Source of the DNA: a virus
Taxonomy: Duplodnaviria; Caudoviricetes
Virus record (IMG/VR): IMGVR_UViG_3300046786_000888
Coordinates: 1 to 64,000 of that record
DNA length: 64,000 nucleotides
Reading direction: 5' to 3' (one strand)
A model generated the notes under the pieces. It was not told where the DNA came from. It saw nothing but the letters and a program-made list of their open reading frames with translations, and made no database searches. Both the position numbers and the translations under genes were made by a program. The first letter of the stretch is position 1; the number at the start of each line of letters is the position of its first letter. Positions 26,732-36,260 of this stretch are shown in pieces.

Positions 26732-28045
26732 TTATCGTCCTGCTCCGCCCTGAAAAGTAGACACGATATGCCGACGTAATTGATCAAAATTACTGTATGG
26801 CGTCATATATCGGCTGCCTGCGCCTCGTGGAGCGAGAAAATCAATACTGGCAATCGTACCGTCGGCTGAACGAACGTTTCCTGTTCCTCCTTGTTGGCCG
26901 ATAATCTGACCCGACGCGATCTGTTGACCCGGTCGGACTAAGATGCTCTTATCGGCCAAGTGCCCGTAAAGAACATCGACCTTCTTATTAGTTAGCGGAT
27001 CAAGTGACTCGACAACAACGTAGTTGCCGTAACCGCCTTCTCGACTGACATCTTTAACCACGCCGCCTAAGACTGCAGGGAAACGTTTACTAGGGAAATA
27101 CAGATCAACTCCAGGCTGTCCGCTGGATTGTTCGTACACGACAGAGGCGGGTTTCTCGAAGGAGGATGGAGTTGACGCAGGAGCTCCAGAGGAAGATAAC
27201 TGCGAGTTTATTAACGCTTCTTGACTAGCTTGACTGCTATCGTATGCTTTTTGCGTCATCTTAGCTCCCAGAATATCCATAACTAATTTTGAAGGGTCGT
27301 TTCCTCCTGGAGAGCCTCCCAAGAACAGTGCTTCATTCGCTTTGTATTTGTATTGCTCCGCAAGTGCTAAACCTTCCTCTCCATATTTTTCGGGGTCTGC
27401 TTTTATTGCTTCGGCGGCTTGTAAATAAACTTGTGCTTTCTGCGTGTCGCCGGCCACAGGCTGGGCAGCTTCAGATAGAGCGTACTGAGTGACGATATTC
27501 TTTAACGCGCCTTGAAAATCGTATCTAGGCAGACTGATCGGGGTAACACCAGCGGCCTGGCTGTCTTGTTGAACTTGATAAGGTACGCCGCCACTGGGTT
27601 TCTGAAGGAAACCTTGGAGTTCGCTCAGGGATTTAACAGGTTGACCGTAGTAGCTGCGCCCTTGCAGCGTGGGAAGACTCGCCCATTCTGGAGCGAGTTT
27701 TGCAATAGTCTGCGGCGTAATCGGATCTTTGGTGGGGTCGACCCCACGCCGCTTCATTAAATAAATTGCGGCGAGGTCCTGTTCTCTCGGACCGAACCCC
27801 TGAAGACCTAAAGCTTTCTGTGCCTCGGCATAAGTGCCAGGCATAAATTGATAACGTCCAGCAGCAGCGCTTCCTTCGGGAAAACCCTTAGTTCTTACAA
27901 CTACATCCGGATGCTTAGAGAAATCTTGAAAACGACCGCCGCCAAACATGACGTCGTAACCGCCGCCTCGACGAGAACTATCGGTACCTTCGGCGTACGC
28001 GATCAGATCAAGCCACTGCCGTGTCAGCGGGTTATCTAACGCCAT
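26732..28045 (-). CDS. Virion-associated muramidase (lambda R/GH104-like) plus degenerate M23 domain
   Basis: LDLIAYAEGT...YDVMFGG...AAGRYQF; GGYGNYVVVE...YGHL...VRPGQQIASGQIIG. Confidence 0.8.
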   Translation of the reverse strand: MALDNPLTRQWLDLIAYAEGTDSSRRGGGYDVMFGGGRFQDFSKHPDVVVRTKGFPEGSAAAGRYQFMPGTYAEAQKALGLQGFGPREQDLAAIYLMKRRGVDPTKDPITPQTIAKLAPEWASLPTLQGRSYYGQPVKSLSELQGFLQKPSGGVPYQVQQDSQAAGVTPISLPRYDFQGALKNIVTQYALSEAAQPVAGDTQKAQVYLQAAEAIKADPEKYGEEGLALAEQYKYKANEALFLGGSPGGNDPSKLVMDILGAKMTQKAYDSSQASQEALINSQLSSSGAPASTPSSFEKPASVVYEQSSGQPGVDLYFPSKRFPAVLGGVVKDVSREGGYGNYVVVESLDPLTNKKVDVLYGHLADKSILVRPGQQIASGQIIGQQGGTGNVRSADGTIASIDFLAPRGAGSRYMTPYSNFDQLRRHIVSTFQGGAGR

Positions 28046-28063
28046 CTGTCTGCTATTTATTCA

Positions 28064-28294
28064 TCATTCTACCGAATCTTCTGAATCATCGAACATCTGC
28101 ACATTAGTTTCTACAGCGACCCCTATCTGCTGCATAACGGTTTTATACGCCCTCTCTTTACACATTAACTTTAAGATCATCACCCAGAAAAACTGGTCTC
28201 GGTCACTTCCATTATTTAAAGATTTAGCTTTAGCCCTGATGCGCGTTAGCACAAATTCGTCTTCGAGCGTCAGGCCGCAACGAAGATCTCGCAT
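28064..28294 (-). CDS. nblA: NblA-like phycobilisome degradation protein (copy 2)
   Basis: GLTLEDEFVLTRIRAKAKSL...RDQFFWVMILKLMCKERAYKTVM; acidic tail; ATG at 28294 preferred. Confidence 0.65.
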   Translation of the reverse strand: MRDLRCGLTLEDEFVLTRIRAKAKSLNNGSDRDQFFWVMILKLMCKERAYKTVMQQIGVAVETNVQMFDDSEDSVE

Positions 28295-28432
28295 TCCTCC
28301 GTCAGAACTTGCGGTTGCCACGGGCAGAACCCACTCTCTGATTATCCTACACCGAATCATTAACGTACGTCTCAGAAGACTAAGTGCTTTCTGTAAACAA
28401 TATAAAGTCCGGGCTAGGACCCACCTGAGACC

Positions 28433-28461
28433 TTTACAAGACCCATAAAGCTCGTTATCAT
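28433..28461 (+). promoter_or_regulatory. Sigma-70-like promoter
   Basis: TTTACA-N17-TATCAT, 28 nt before the ATG at 28490. Confidence 0.5.
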
Positions 28462-28489
28462 TACTGAGCCATCCTTATTCACACGGCAG

Positions 28490-28759
28490 ATGTTTGAAGG
28501 CAAGACCCTCCTGACGATCGCGGAGACCGCAGAATTTTTAAATTGCTCTAGCGGTTTCGTGCGCAAGCGCATCGCACTGACCGAATCAAATAACCCCGGC
28601 GGCTGGCCCAAAGACATCTATGTAAATCTGCAGCCTTCTGGAGCTAAGTCTCTGTATCGCATCAACAAAGATGCTCTGCAGAACTATCTGAACGGTGCGG
28701 ATTCGTCGGCTAAAGTAGAAGACGATGCAGCACAGACCGCAACGGCGGCGACTTTTTGA
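28490..28759 (+). CDS. Excisionase-like HTH protein
   Basis: LLTIAETAEFLNCSSGFVRKRI...YRINKDALQNYL. Confidence 0.75.
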   Translation: MFEGKTLLTIAETAEFLNCSSGFVRKRIALTESNNPGGWPKDIYVNLQPSGAKSLYRINKDALQNYLNGADSSAKVEDDAAQTATAATF

Positions 28760-29295
28760 ACATGACGTACACTGAGACCTTCGCTTCGACACCGGCATCG
28801 GCTTTGATGCCCACGCAGATTGAGGAGCGGATCATCTCGGTGGAACCAGAGCCCCAGCTTCAGGATCTTCTTCTGAATCTGGTGGCTCTGTCGTCATATG
28901 CGCATCAGCTTTACACTCAATCTCATCTTATTCACCTAAACGTAGAAGGGCCGCTGTTTCTCCCTATCCACGAGTTTTTAAAGGGTCAGTACGACCTTCA
29001 CATCGGACATTTTGACAAATTGGCTGAATTTGTCCGCACGATGGACACTCTTATGCCGATGTGTCAGAAAGGTTTATTAAACGCATATAAAGGATTTAAA
29101 CACTGTAAGTCTTATGACACTCGCGATATGCTAGTAACTTATTTAAAAAACCTCGAAGACTTCGGAATGCAAGCTAAAGATTTGGGAGAGCTAGCTCGCA
29201 CCGTAAAAGCTCCCGACGTAGAGAACTACGCAGCTCAGCTAGTCGACGATTCCTTCAAAGCCGCGTGGTTCCTGAAGAGCACACTTCGGGGTTAA
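28756..29295 (+). CDS. dps: Dps-family ferritin-like protein
   Basis: SHLIHLNVEGPLFLPIHEFLKGQY...FDKLAEFVR; AAWFLKS. Confidence 0.8.
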   Translation: MNMTYTETFASTPASALMPTQIEERIISVEPEPQLQDLLLNLVALSSYAHQLYTQSHLIHLNVEGPLFLPIHEFLKGQYDLHIGHFDKLAEFVRTMDTLMPMCQKGLLNAYKGFKHCKSYDTRDMLVTYLKNLEDFGMQAKDLGELARTVKAPDVENYAAQLVDDSFKAAWFLKSTLRG

Positions 29296-29933
29296 ATCTG
29301 AACCCATTGCCCGCCTACATAAATGTATAAACCCGAAGGCGCTGCTGCTTGATACATAACAGTGCCTTCAGGTGAACTTACAGGCAATCCTGTAGTTACA
29401 GGAACACCCGAAGCCTTAATACAACCAGAAGATAAAATAGCAGAATAAGAACCTGATGCTGCGGTAGCACCTGAAGCAATAACAGAATAATAAGAGCCAG
29501 AAGCAAAAATAGCGCCAGAAGCAATAACAGAATAATAAGAGCCAGAAGCAAGAATAGCGCCAGAAGCAATTACAGCCGAAGAGGCGGAAAGAGCTGAATT
29601 AGCCGAGTTAGCAGAAGTGGCAAAGGCAGATCCTATGGTTTGCCATGTAGAACCTGTCCATACTTTCATAAAGTATGTACTTGCGCTGCTGTCAACCCAC
29701 GTTTCGCCTACCGAATTTCCCGTTTGTCCTGCTGGAGTCGCGTTAGGCGCAGTTGTGCCGTAGTGACTTGATCCGATTTTTCTAATCGCGCCGCCTGTGT
29801 CTTCTAAGTAAACACCTGGTTCGTTGGCGCCGTAATTAACAGCAAGTTGCCCTAATTGCAGTGTTGCGGGCTTCGGACGATCGGAATTCAATCCCGAACG
29901 AAGACTAAGCAAGTTAACCGGTGTAGAAGTCAT
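29292..29933 (-). CDS. Short tail-fibre-type structural protein
   Basis: DRPKPATLQLGQLAVNY...YLEDTGGAIRKIG; GETWVDS; internal 15-aa repeats. Confidence 0.7.
   Translation of the reverse strand: MTSTPVNLLSLRSGLNSDRPKPATLQLGQLAVNYGANEPGVYLEDTGGAIRKIGSSHYGTTAPNATPAGQTGNSVGETWVDSSASTYFMKVWTGSTWQTIGSAFATSANSANSALSASSAVIASGAILASGSYYSVIASGAIFASGSYYSVIASGATAASGSYSAILSSGCIKASGVPVTTGLPVSSPEGTVMYQAAAPSGLYIYVGGQWVQI
29473..29576. repeat. 45-nt tandem repeat (2 full copies plus 1 partial)
   Basis: GAAGCAATAACAGAATAATAAGAGCCAGAAGCAA(A/G)AATAGCGCCA at 29473 and 29518. Confidence 0.85.
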
Positions 29934-31465
29934 TAAGAGTAAACTCCTCCGTTTATAGGGGTAGCAGGTATAGGAATTAAATCACCATTAGCATACGTTC
30001 CGCCATCTAAAAAATTTACCGGAGTAGTCACAGGATTACCATTTGCGTAAGTCCCCCCATCGTACGAATTCAAATTACTATAATCTATAGGGGCAAACGG
30101 ATCAAATTCATTGACAGTAAACATTTCAAAATTTTTAGCCTGAAGTGTTGCAAAACTGTTTAAGTCTCCGGCATTTAAAGTTTTTGACATCATATTGTAC
30201 ATATCTGGATACATCATGTGACTAGGCATATCATTTTGAGTTGGAGAGTATCTCTGCCACCAAACTAAATCTCGTTCTCTTTTAAAAAAAGAAAATTGTT
30301 TTTGTAAATCTTTATCGAACTTTTCTCGATACCATTCATTCAAAGGCTCGTCATTTGGTTGAGGCAACCACGGTGATACTGCGCTCTCTTGTTCGTATTT
30401 TTTTGACAAGTCCCACATAGCCGCGTATATGTGCTTACACCAGCGAGGTTGATAATAAAACAAATTAGGATCAGAATACACTCTCTGTGTGTACTCTGGT
30501 ATATTGTAAATTTCGTTTAAGTATATAAAACCAAAGTCTCTGGCGTAGCCAGGGTTATCGATACTGTTTGAGACGCGAGGTGTTTGGTCTGGTCCCGCGT
30601 CATATTGTCCGGGCGTCATATTGAAAACGCCCGTATATGGATATCTACGCTTTAGTGATTCCTTGTACAGATCAAAGCCTTCTCGCCCCAGAAAATCGGG
30701 GCACGTGCATTGAGTCCGCATTTCTGTACTTAAAAAATCTCCTACATTTGGGGGCCCTGTAGCGGGAACAGCCAAAGTATTTGCGTCCACGACGCTCCAA
30801 CTGTTCTCCTTTGTTCTAGAAAGAAAAAGCGTGTTAAAAATAGGCGCATAAGAAGGAGGCAAAGGAGTTCCATTGAAACCAACCGCCGTTACTGTGTAGT
30901 TGTTAAATCCATACTGTCTTTCGGCGCCAGAGGAATCAAATCTGTTAGAGACTACTTCACCTGTAAAAAACGAAATAGGAGCTCCAAATTTAGAACTTAA
31001 CCTAACTGCATAAGTGTTATCGTCATAATTACTTACGGACTGAACAGAGTACCCAAAATCTCTGAAGTTAAAAGAATCACGTGGACGAACTCCGACCATC
31101 CACATTTTCATATCCGACCTGGTTGTCGGATACATGAAGGCTACGCCAGGAAGGTATATTCCTAGGCCCGGAGCTCCCGAAACATAATATTTAAAGCTAT
31201 ACGAAAGACCGTCGTAAGCTTGTTGTGCATACATCGATAATTCGTATCCCCTTCTCCAGCGACTCCATAGAGAAGCGTAATTGTAATCACTTAGAACACT
31301 AAAATCCTTAGTATTTACGGCGGGTCGAAACCGTCGCTCGAACGGCAAAGGTCTGTTCAGTTCCGTCGGTTTATCCGATCCTGACACATGAGAAACAGGT
31401 CGTAAACTCGAATTAACACCAAAAGAACGAAATCCGAAGTTATCCGACCCCTTTCGACGTGACAT
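29933..31465 (-). CDS. Protein with split SWIM-type Zn finger in the tail cluster
   Basis: QCTCPDF ... WCKHIYA; C-terminal DGGTYANG twice. Confidence 0.55.
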   Translation of the reverse strand: MSRRKGSDNFGFRSFGVNSSLRPVSHVSGSDKPTELNRPLPFERRFRPAVNTKDFSVLSDYNYASLWSRWRRGYELSMYAQQAYDGLSYSFKYYVSGAPGLGIYLPGVAFMYPTTRSDMKMWMVGVRPRDSFNFRDFGYSVQSVSNYDDNTYAVRLSSKFGAPISFFTGEVVSNRFDSSGAERQYGFNNYTVTAVGFNGTPLPPSYAPIFNTLFLSRTKENSWSVVDANTLAVPATGPPNVGDFLSTEMRTQCTCPDFLGREGFDLYKESLKRRYPYTGVFNMTPGQYDAGPDQTPRVSNSIDNPGYARDFGFIYLNEIYNIPEYTQRVYSDPNLFYYQPRWCKHIYAAMWDLSKKYEQESAVSPWLPQPNDEPLNEWYREKFDKDLQKQFSFFKRERDLVWWQRYSPTQNDMPSHMMYPDMYNMMSKTLNAGDLNSFATLQAKNFEMFTVNEFDPFAPIDYSNLNSYDGGTYANGNPVTTPVNFLDGGTYANGDLIPIPATPINGGVYS

Positions 31466-31471
31466 AGCAGA

Positions 31472-32041
31472 TCAATAGAATCCGCCTTGTGCGAGGATAG
31501 TTAAACCGGAAGGACTCAAACCGCCCGATGCGCCAACACCGGAAGCGCCGGCAGGTCCCACGCCAATATAGCCAGCACAGAGAATATACCCTTTTTCGAG
31601 ATACAGACCTTCATTCTTACCGATCTGAATAGGGCCGATTAGGTTTGTATCGCCGGTACGAGGGACAGGAGCCATCACAGCAGGCAGCTGCACCCCTAAG
31701 GGATACCCGAAGGTAGATCCGCTTAGACCCACTTCAAAACGCCCGATCATCAGAGCAGACGATGTAGAGGGTGCCGCCTGATTGGGCATGTACACGTACA
31801 GACCGATGTCAGCTGTACGAATACCGCTGTTGTCTGGATAATCCTCGTTGCTGACAATCGTGATGTCCTCGACAAGAGCACCATCCTCGGACGGAAGATC
31901 CCCTACGCGAACAAGTTGAATAAGGGAACCCAGAGAAGGATTGATCGGATTACAAGTCGGGGTGGCGTTAGTAATCCGTGCGCCCCGTAAAAACGGACGA
32001 TCGATCAGGCATGGACTTTTGTTGGTCGATGTGCTCGCCAA
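31472..32041 (-). CDS. Probable virion structural protein
   Basis: Beta-rich; NKSPCLIDRPFL...GLYLEKG...AQGGFY; late-block position. Confidence 0.5.
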   Translation of the reverse strand: MASTSTNKSPCLIDRPFLRGARITNATPTCNPINPSLGSLIQLVRVGDLPSEDGALVEDITIVSNEDYPDNSGIRTADIGLYVYMPNQAAPSTSSALMIGRFEVGLSGSTFGYPLGVQLPAVMAPVPRTGDTNLIGPIQIGKNEGLYLEKGYILCAGYIGVGPAGASGVGASGGLSPSGLTILAQGGFY

Positions 32042-32101
32042 TTCCGACTATACCCCCTCTCTGTGTTAGAGTAAGGGGCCCTGAAACATACCGCAAGTCT
32101 A

Positions 32102-32815
32102 ATGCAGGTCAAGTTCGTTTGTAAAAACTGCGGATCAGAATTTTTCCGAAACGGAAACGCAGCCGCTGTCTGTAAGCTTACTTTCAGGCAAAAAGGTTTT
32201 GTTTACTGCTCAAAGGGTTGCGCTAGTTTCAAACATGGCGGCCACAAAAATAAGCTATCCGAATATAAATCATGGCTGGCTATGAGGAGCAGATGTGATA
32301 ATTCTAACCACGACGGCTACCATCGATATGGCGGTAGAGGAATAACCTACGACCCAGCGTGGAACGACTTCTCAGTTTTCCTAAAAGACATGGGAGAAAA
32401 ACCTACTCCCAAACATCAATTAGAGCGAGTAGATAACGATAAAAACTATAACAAAGAAAATTGTATCTGGGCTACAAGAAAGGAACAGACTCGAAACCGT
32501 GGAGGAGCCAGAGCGACAAGGCTCTACACCTATGATGGTAAGACTATGTGCGTAAAAGATTGGGCAGAATACGTAGGAATCAGCAATACCAGTATGCAGA
32601 AACGCCTTAATAACGGATGGCCATTAGAAAAAGCTTTTTCTAAAGAAAAGCACGATAAACCAGATTTGTATACCTTCAACGGAGAAACTATGAGTTTATT
32701 AGAATGGGCCAAAAAATTAGATATACCTAAACAAAGACTATGGACTAGGCTTAAGGCCGGATACCCTTTAGAAAAAGTATTTACGAACGAGAAATTTAAC
32801 CGATGGAATAAGTAG
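32102..32815 (+). CDS. HNH-type homing endonuclease with repeated C-terminal DNA-binding modules (antisense insertion)
   Basis: YKSWLAMRSRC...YGGRGI...LERVDNDKNYNKENCIWAT; two TY/FxGxTM...W repeats. Confidence 0.85.
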   Translation: MQVKFVCKNCGSEFFRNGNAAAVCKLTFRQKGFVYCSKGCASFKHGGHKNKLSEYKSWLAMRSRCDNSNHDGYHRYGGRGITYDPAWNDFSVFLKDMGEKPTPKHQLERVDNDKNYNKENCIWATRKEQTRNRGGARATRLYTYDGKTMCVKDWAEYVGISNTSMQKRLNNGWPLEKAFSKEKHDKPDLYTFNGETMSLLEWAKKLDIPKQRLWTRLKAGYPLEKVFTNEKFNRWNK

Positions 32816-32862
32816 ATCAAAATCCCTTTATGGGGCCTTTTTCTATGTGCAGGGCTAGTTTA

Positions 32863-33303
32863 TCAGCCTAAACCCCGTAAAGGGTTGTCGGTTTTAAGAG
32901 GTGCGGGCTTGGCTATAGCTGAACCCATAAGGGGAGAAGGTTCTCCCTTGAATCCGCCGAGACGTTCAAGAATTTTATTAAGACGCTCTTCGTCTCGTTG
33001 TTGGGCGATGTAATCAGAAATCATTCGAGTAGCCATGCCTTGCGGGGCTGGTTCCATGCCTCGAATGCCTCGGACTAAATTACCGATACCTTCGAGTAAC
33101 AGACTTCCTCCAACCCACGCATTGCTAAACGGGCTATCCGATAGACCCGGTTTGCTGGGACTAGGGCTGGTAGATGGAGCTAAACCTTCGGCCGCAGTTG
33201 AAAACGCATCCACGTTGTACTGCGGACTCTCAAATGCTTCGGGAATCGAAGTGCCGAAGTCGTACCCGCGAAGGGGTAAAGCGTTGGAAAAATAGTCCGC
33301 CAT
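32863..33303 (-). CDS. Hypothetical (possibly ejection) protein
   Basis: 146-aa ORF coupled to the large Ala/Pro-rich gene. Confidence 0.55.
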   Translation of the reverse strand: MADYFSNALPLRGYDFGTSIPEAFESPQYNVDAFSTAAEGLAPSTSPSPSKPGLSDSPFSNAWVGGSLLLEGIGNLVRGIRGMEPAPQGMATRMISDYIAQQRDEERLNKILERLGGFKGEPSPLMGSAIAKPAPLKTDNPLRGLG

Positions 33304-33313
33304 AGGTCAAGCC

Positions 33314-35059
33314 TCAGTACAGGGGCATTTTTTCGATGGTCTGGTACGCCTGCGGCGCAAGCGTAGCGTTAAGATCCGCTGCGCCTTGAGTACCGAAAGC
33401 GGCATTCATCGCGGCGGCTCTGGCCTGTCCTGCTGCATTATTAGGCGTATTTGTACCCATAGATGTTCCTAAAATAGCCCCTTGTGCATTAGGCATCTGC
33501 TGGCTAGGTCCACGGCGCTGCATCTGGAGTTGCAGTCGATAGGCCAGATCAGGGTTACGACGTGCCCAGGTCTCAAAGTTGGCTTCGGACTCAATACCTA
33601 CAGAGGCAGGGGCACCCGCACTCTTAAGAGCCCCGATAATTTGTTCCGCACGTCCCGGAGCGTTTGCGTAAGCCGACTGAACACGGTAAAGATCACCAAT
33701 GTTCTGGTACTGAGAAGCATCTTGCCGAAGACCTTGTGCTGCATTTTGAACAGCTTGACGATAATCGGAGTCGCGTGAATCCATGAGCTGGGGAACGGAA
33801 CCTGCACCCATAGAACTGCCGACGGGAGCTGCAGGAGCACGACCGCCGATCGGTGAAGGCATAGCAGGTGCGACAGGAGCGGCAGAAACGCCGACCGAGC
33901 TTGGATTGACAGTTCCGGGGATTGCGTTGGTACTGCCGGCGATTGGCTGGGGCGCGGTGGTTAAAGGAGCGCCAGTAACAGAGGGCGTGTTTGCGCCAGC
34001 CTCAGGTGTCGCGGTGGGAACACCTAACTGGGTCTCGCCCGGCATTGCGACTTGTTGGGGTTGTCCTTGACGACTGGACAAGTAAGCCGCGAGGCCCAGC
34101 CCGCCCAGCATTCCGCCGCCAACAAAAGGCGCGAGAGGAATACGCCGTGCGGCAGCGGTCCCACCGGTTGCGGCAGCTTCAGCAGCGGCAGTAGAAGAAA
34201 GAAGTTGCCCGAGATCGACAGTGTTAACTCCGCCCATTGCGTTCGCTCGGGCCGCAATAGGGGATCCTTCAGGTAACGCTACACCGCGCCCAATAATTTC
34301 GTAGACATTTACAGGCTGAATACCTGGTTCGACTGCAGAGCCCATCGTACGGGCAAGAGCTCCGCCTGGGCCTTCGGTGCTTAACCCTGCGCCGGTCGAA
34401 GGAGGAGCCATGCCCCCTCCGGCGGAACGGGTAAGACCGCCGCCAGTCGACATATATTGTTGAGGAGAAGTCTCTAGCTGCCGAATAAGCGGAGAGTCGA
34501 ATCCCTCCTTGCTTAACAAAGCTTCCATCACGTCATCAGCGTTGACACCACGCTCGGCGGCAGTAGTCTCGACGATGGAACGGATCCGGTTATATCCCTC
34601 AGGATCACGACGCATAAGCTCTTTACCGTACGCAAATGCGGGTTCGGGAGCCTGAGGGGAGCTAAGAATGGGGTAGGGGCGAACGGTAGTGCTAGCGGGA
34701 ATGTCCTGACCGACCGGCAAGGAACGCTGCCCAGGCGCAACACCAGGAGCACGAGCCGGAAGAGTCTCGCGAGGAACATCAACCTGAGGATATCCGGCAC
34801 GACGGGGAACTTGTTCGGCCGGAACTTCGCGAGGAACAGGCAGTTGTTTTTGAAAACGCCCGGTGGCCCGATCAGGAGGAACGTTTAAACGTGGCTGAAC
34901 CGCAGGGCCGGTCGGTCCAACGGGAACTGCAGGACGGCTAGGTTGGATGGTCTGCCGGATTTGCCGAGGAGTCGGAGGCTCCGGAATCATGTTATTGATC
35001 ATCCGAAGACCGCCTTCAACAAGCGCTCGGATGGCCTTTTCGTATGAGCTGTACGACAT
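33314..35059 (-). CDS. Large Pro/Ala/Gly-rich protein, putative internal virion/ejection protein
   Basis: Composition, central hydrophobic segment and position downstream of the capsid genes. Confidence 0.55.
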   Translation of the reverse strand: MSYSSYEKAIRALVEGGLRMINNMIPEPPTPRQIRQTIQPSRPAVPVGPTGPAVQPRLNVPPDRATGRFQKQLPVPREVPAEQVPRRAGYPQVDVPRETLPARAPGVAPGQRSLPVGQDIPASTTVRPYPILSSPQAPEPAFAYGKELMRRDPEGYNRIRSIVETTAAERGVNADDVMEALLSKEGFDSPLIRQLETSPQQYMSTGGGLTRSAGGGMAPPSTGAGLSTEGPGGALARTMGSAVEPGIQPVNVYEIIGRGVALPEGSPIAARANAMGGVNTVDLGQLLSSTAAAEAAATGGTAAARRIPLAPFVGGGMLGGLGLAAYLSSRQGQPQQVAMPGETQLGVPTATPEAGANTPSVTGAPLTTAPQPIAGSTNAIPGTVNPSSVGVSAAPVAPAMPSPIGGRAPAAPVGSSMGAGSVPQLMDSRDSDYRQAVQNAAQGLRQDASQYQNIGDLYRVQSAYANAPGRAEQIIGALKSAGAPASVGIESEANFETWARRNPDLAYRLQLQMQRRGPSQQMPNAQGAILGTSMGTNTPNNAAGQARAAAMNAAFGTQGAADLNATLAPQAYQTIEKMPLY

Positions 35060-35084
35060 CCTAAAGACCTAGCCTGAGTTTATA

Positions 35085-35705
35085 TTAGCGCCAATCTGCA
35101 AAGAAATACAGACGGTCAGCACGAGACACATCAGGTGGGCCAGGAATAGCTTGGATAAACTCTGCGCCACTACGTTCAAATCTGTACCTAGATGCCACGG
35201 GGTCTTTGTAGTTAGCGACGTAAAGCATTTCAGAAAGACGTCCTGTTTCATATAAGTAGTTTTGTCGCCAAACCTTGGCAACTTCTGTTTTATCTTGAAT
35301 ATTGATCGAACGGTTAACATCACCAAGGATCGTTTCTTGGCGGTTTGTCGCGCGTCCGGCGGCAAGTTCCGTCAGTCGCTCAGCTTCTTCGCAGCGTTCA
35401 ATTTGCTGCACAATCTTGTCGTAATAAAATTCGCTAGGAATGCTGTTACACGCTTCTAATAATCTTGCATAGTCTCCGGCGGGCACCGTAGCTATGTTGT
35501 AGCCAAGGTGGTAAGTTACACGACTAAAGTTAAAATCATCAAGTCTATAACCAAAAACCTGCGCAGGGTTACGCGTTAACTGATTAACAGCCGCGTAAAT
35601 TACTTCCCTTTTAGTGGCGTCGGTAGTATCAGGTTGAAAGACAACGCCTTGTTGAGCTAGATAACTTTGGAGTTGCTCTAGTTCTTGTTGTGTAAACTGA
35701 GCCAC
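35085..35705 (-). CDS. Hypothetical structural protein (possible head-tail adaptor)
   Basis: Helical 206-aa ORF near the capsid operon; function inferred from position. Confidence 0.45.
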   Translation of the reverse strand: MAQFTQQELEQLQSYLAQQGVVFQPDTTDATKREVIYAAVNQLTRNPAQVFGYRLDDFNFSRVTYHLGYNIATVPAGDYARLLEACNSIPSEFYYDKIVQQIERCEEAERLTELAAGRATNRQETILGDVNRSINIQDKTEVAKVWRQNYLYETGRLSEMLYVANYKDPVASRYRFERSGAEFIQAIPGPPDVSRADRLYFFADWR

Positions 35706-35760
35706 AACTACCGACGCCTACAGTACACCTATTGTACTCTTTATTTATCTATCCCAAGGA

Positions 35761-36201
35761 TCACTCAACGTAGATCGAATCACTGAGAATCTCGTCCCAA
35801 TTAATGTGTTTAATCTGACGAAGCTGTTCCAATTTCGTAAAACGTTCCCCTGGAAGGGACATACGAAGCTCAATAATTTCAGTTGCGGTTTTAAGTCCCA
35901 CGCCGGGGAGGATCTGGGTCAGCAGTTCCGGAGTAGCTGCGTTGAGGTTAAACCGGTTCGGTGCAGGCACTTGCGGTTTAACAATCTGCCGTCCCCGACG
36001 TGACTTAACGGGTTTTGCGTCGTTTTCTGTAGAGGTATCTCCTTCCTTCTGCTCGATCTGATTTTTATGGGCAAAAAAAACTTTACCTGTTGTTTTAGAC
36101 TTAACCATAAAGTACTCACCATCATCATGAGTGCTTAAAATATCGACTTTTACGCCGCTGGGTGTGTACGTGACGTCTTTAGAAACAGTGGCAGTCATCA
36201 T
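35761..36201 (-). CDS. ComEA-type helix-hairpin-helix DNA-binding protein
   Basis: FNLNAATPELLTQILPGVGLKTATEIIELR...FTKLEQLRQI. Confidence 0.8.
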   Translation of the reverse strand: MMTATVSKDVTYTPSGVKVDILSTHDDGEYFMVKSKTTGKVFFAHKNQIEQKEGDTSTENDAKPVKSRRGRQIVKPQVPAPNRFNLNAATPELLTQILPGVGLKTATEIIELRMSLPGERFTKLEQLRQIKHINWDEILSDSIYVE

Positions 36202-36260
36202 GGAGATACGACTTTCGCGCAGTATAGGACAAAGTTAGAATAGAAAAAAGTCAACGGACG

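Noticed and set aside
28295-28489. NtcA box (GTA-N8-TAC) upstream of either nblA
   Set aside because: No matching palindrome found by eye here or at 3097..3183.
32855-32871. CTAGT-TTATCAG-CCTAA as another junction site
   Set aside because: Both arms are mismatched, the spacer lacks the C...C polarity and the neighbouring genes are not of the cassette type; likely chance.
35761-36201. PsbU photosynthesis gene
   Set aside because: Shares the HhH fold, but there is no signal peptide and LPGVG...A..II is the ComEA pattern.
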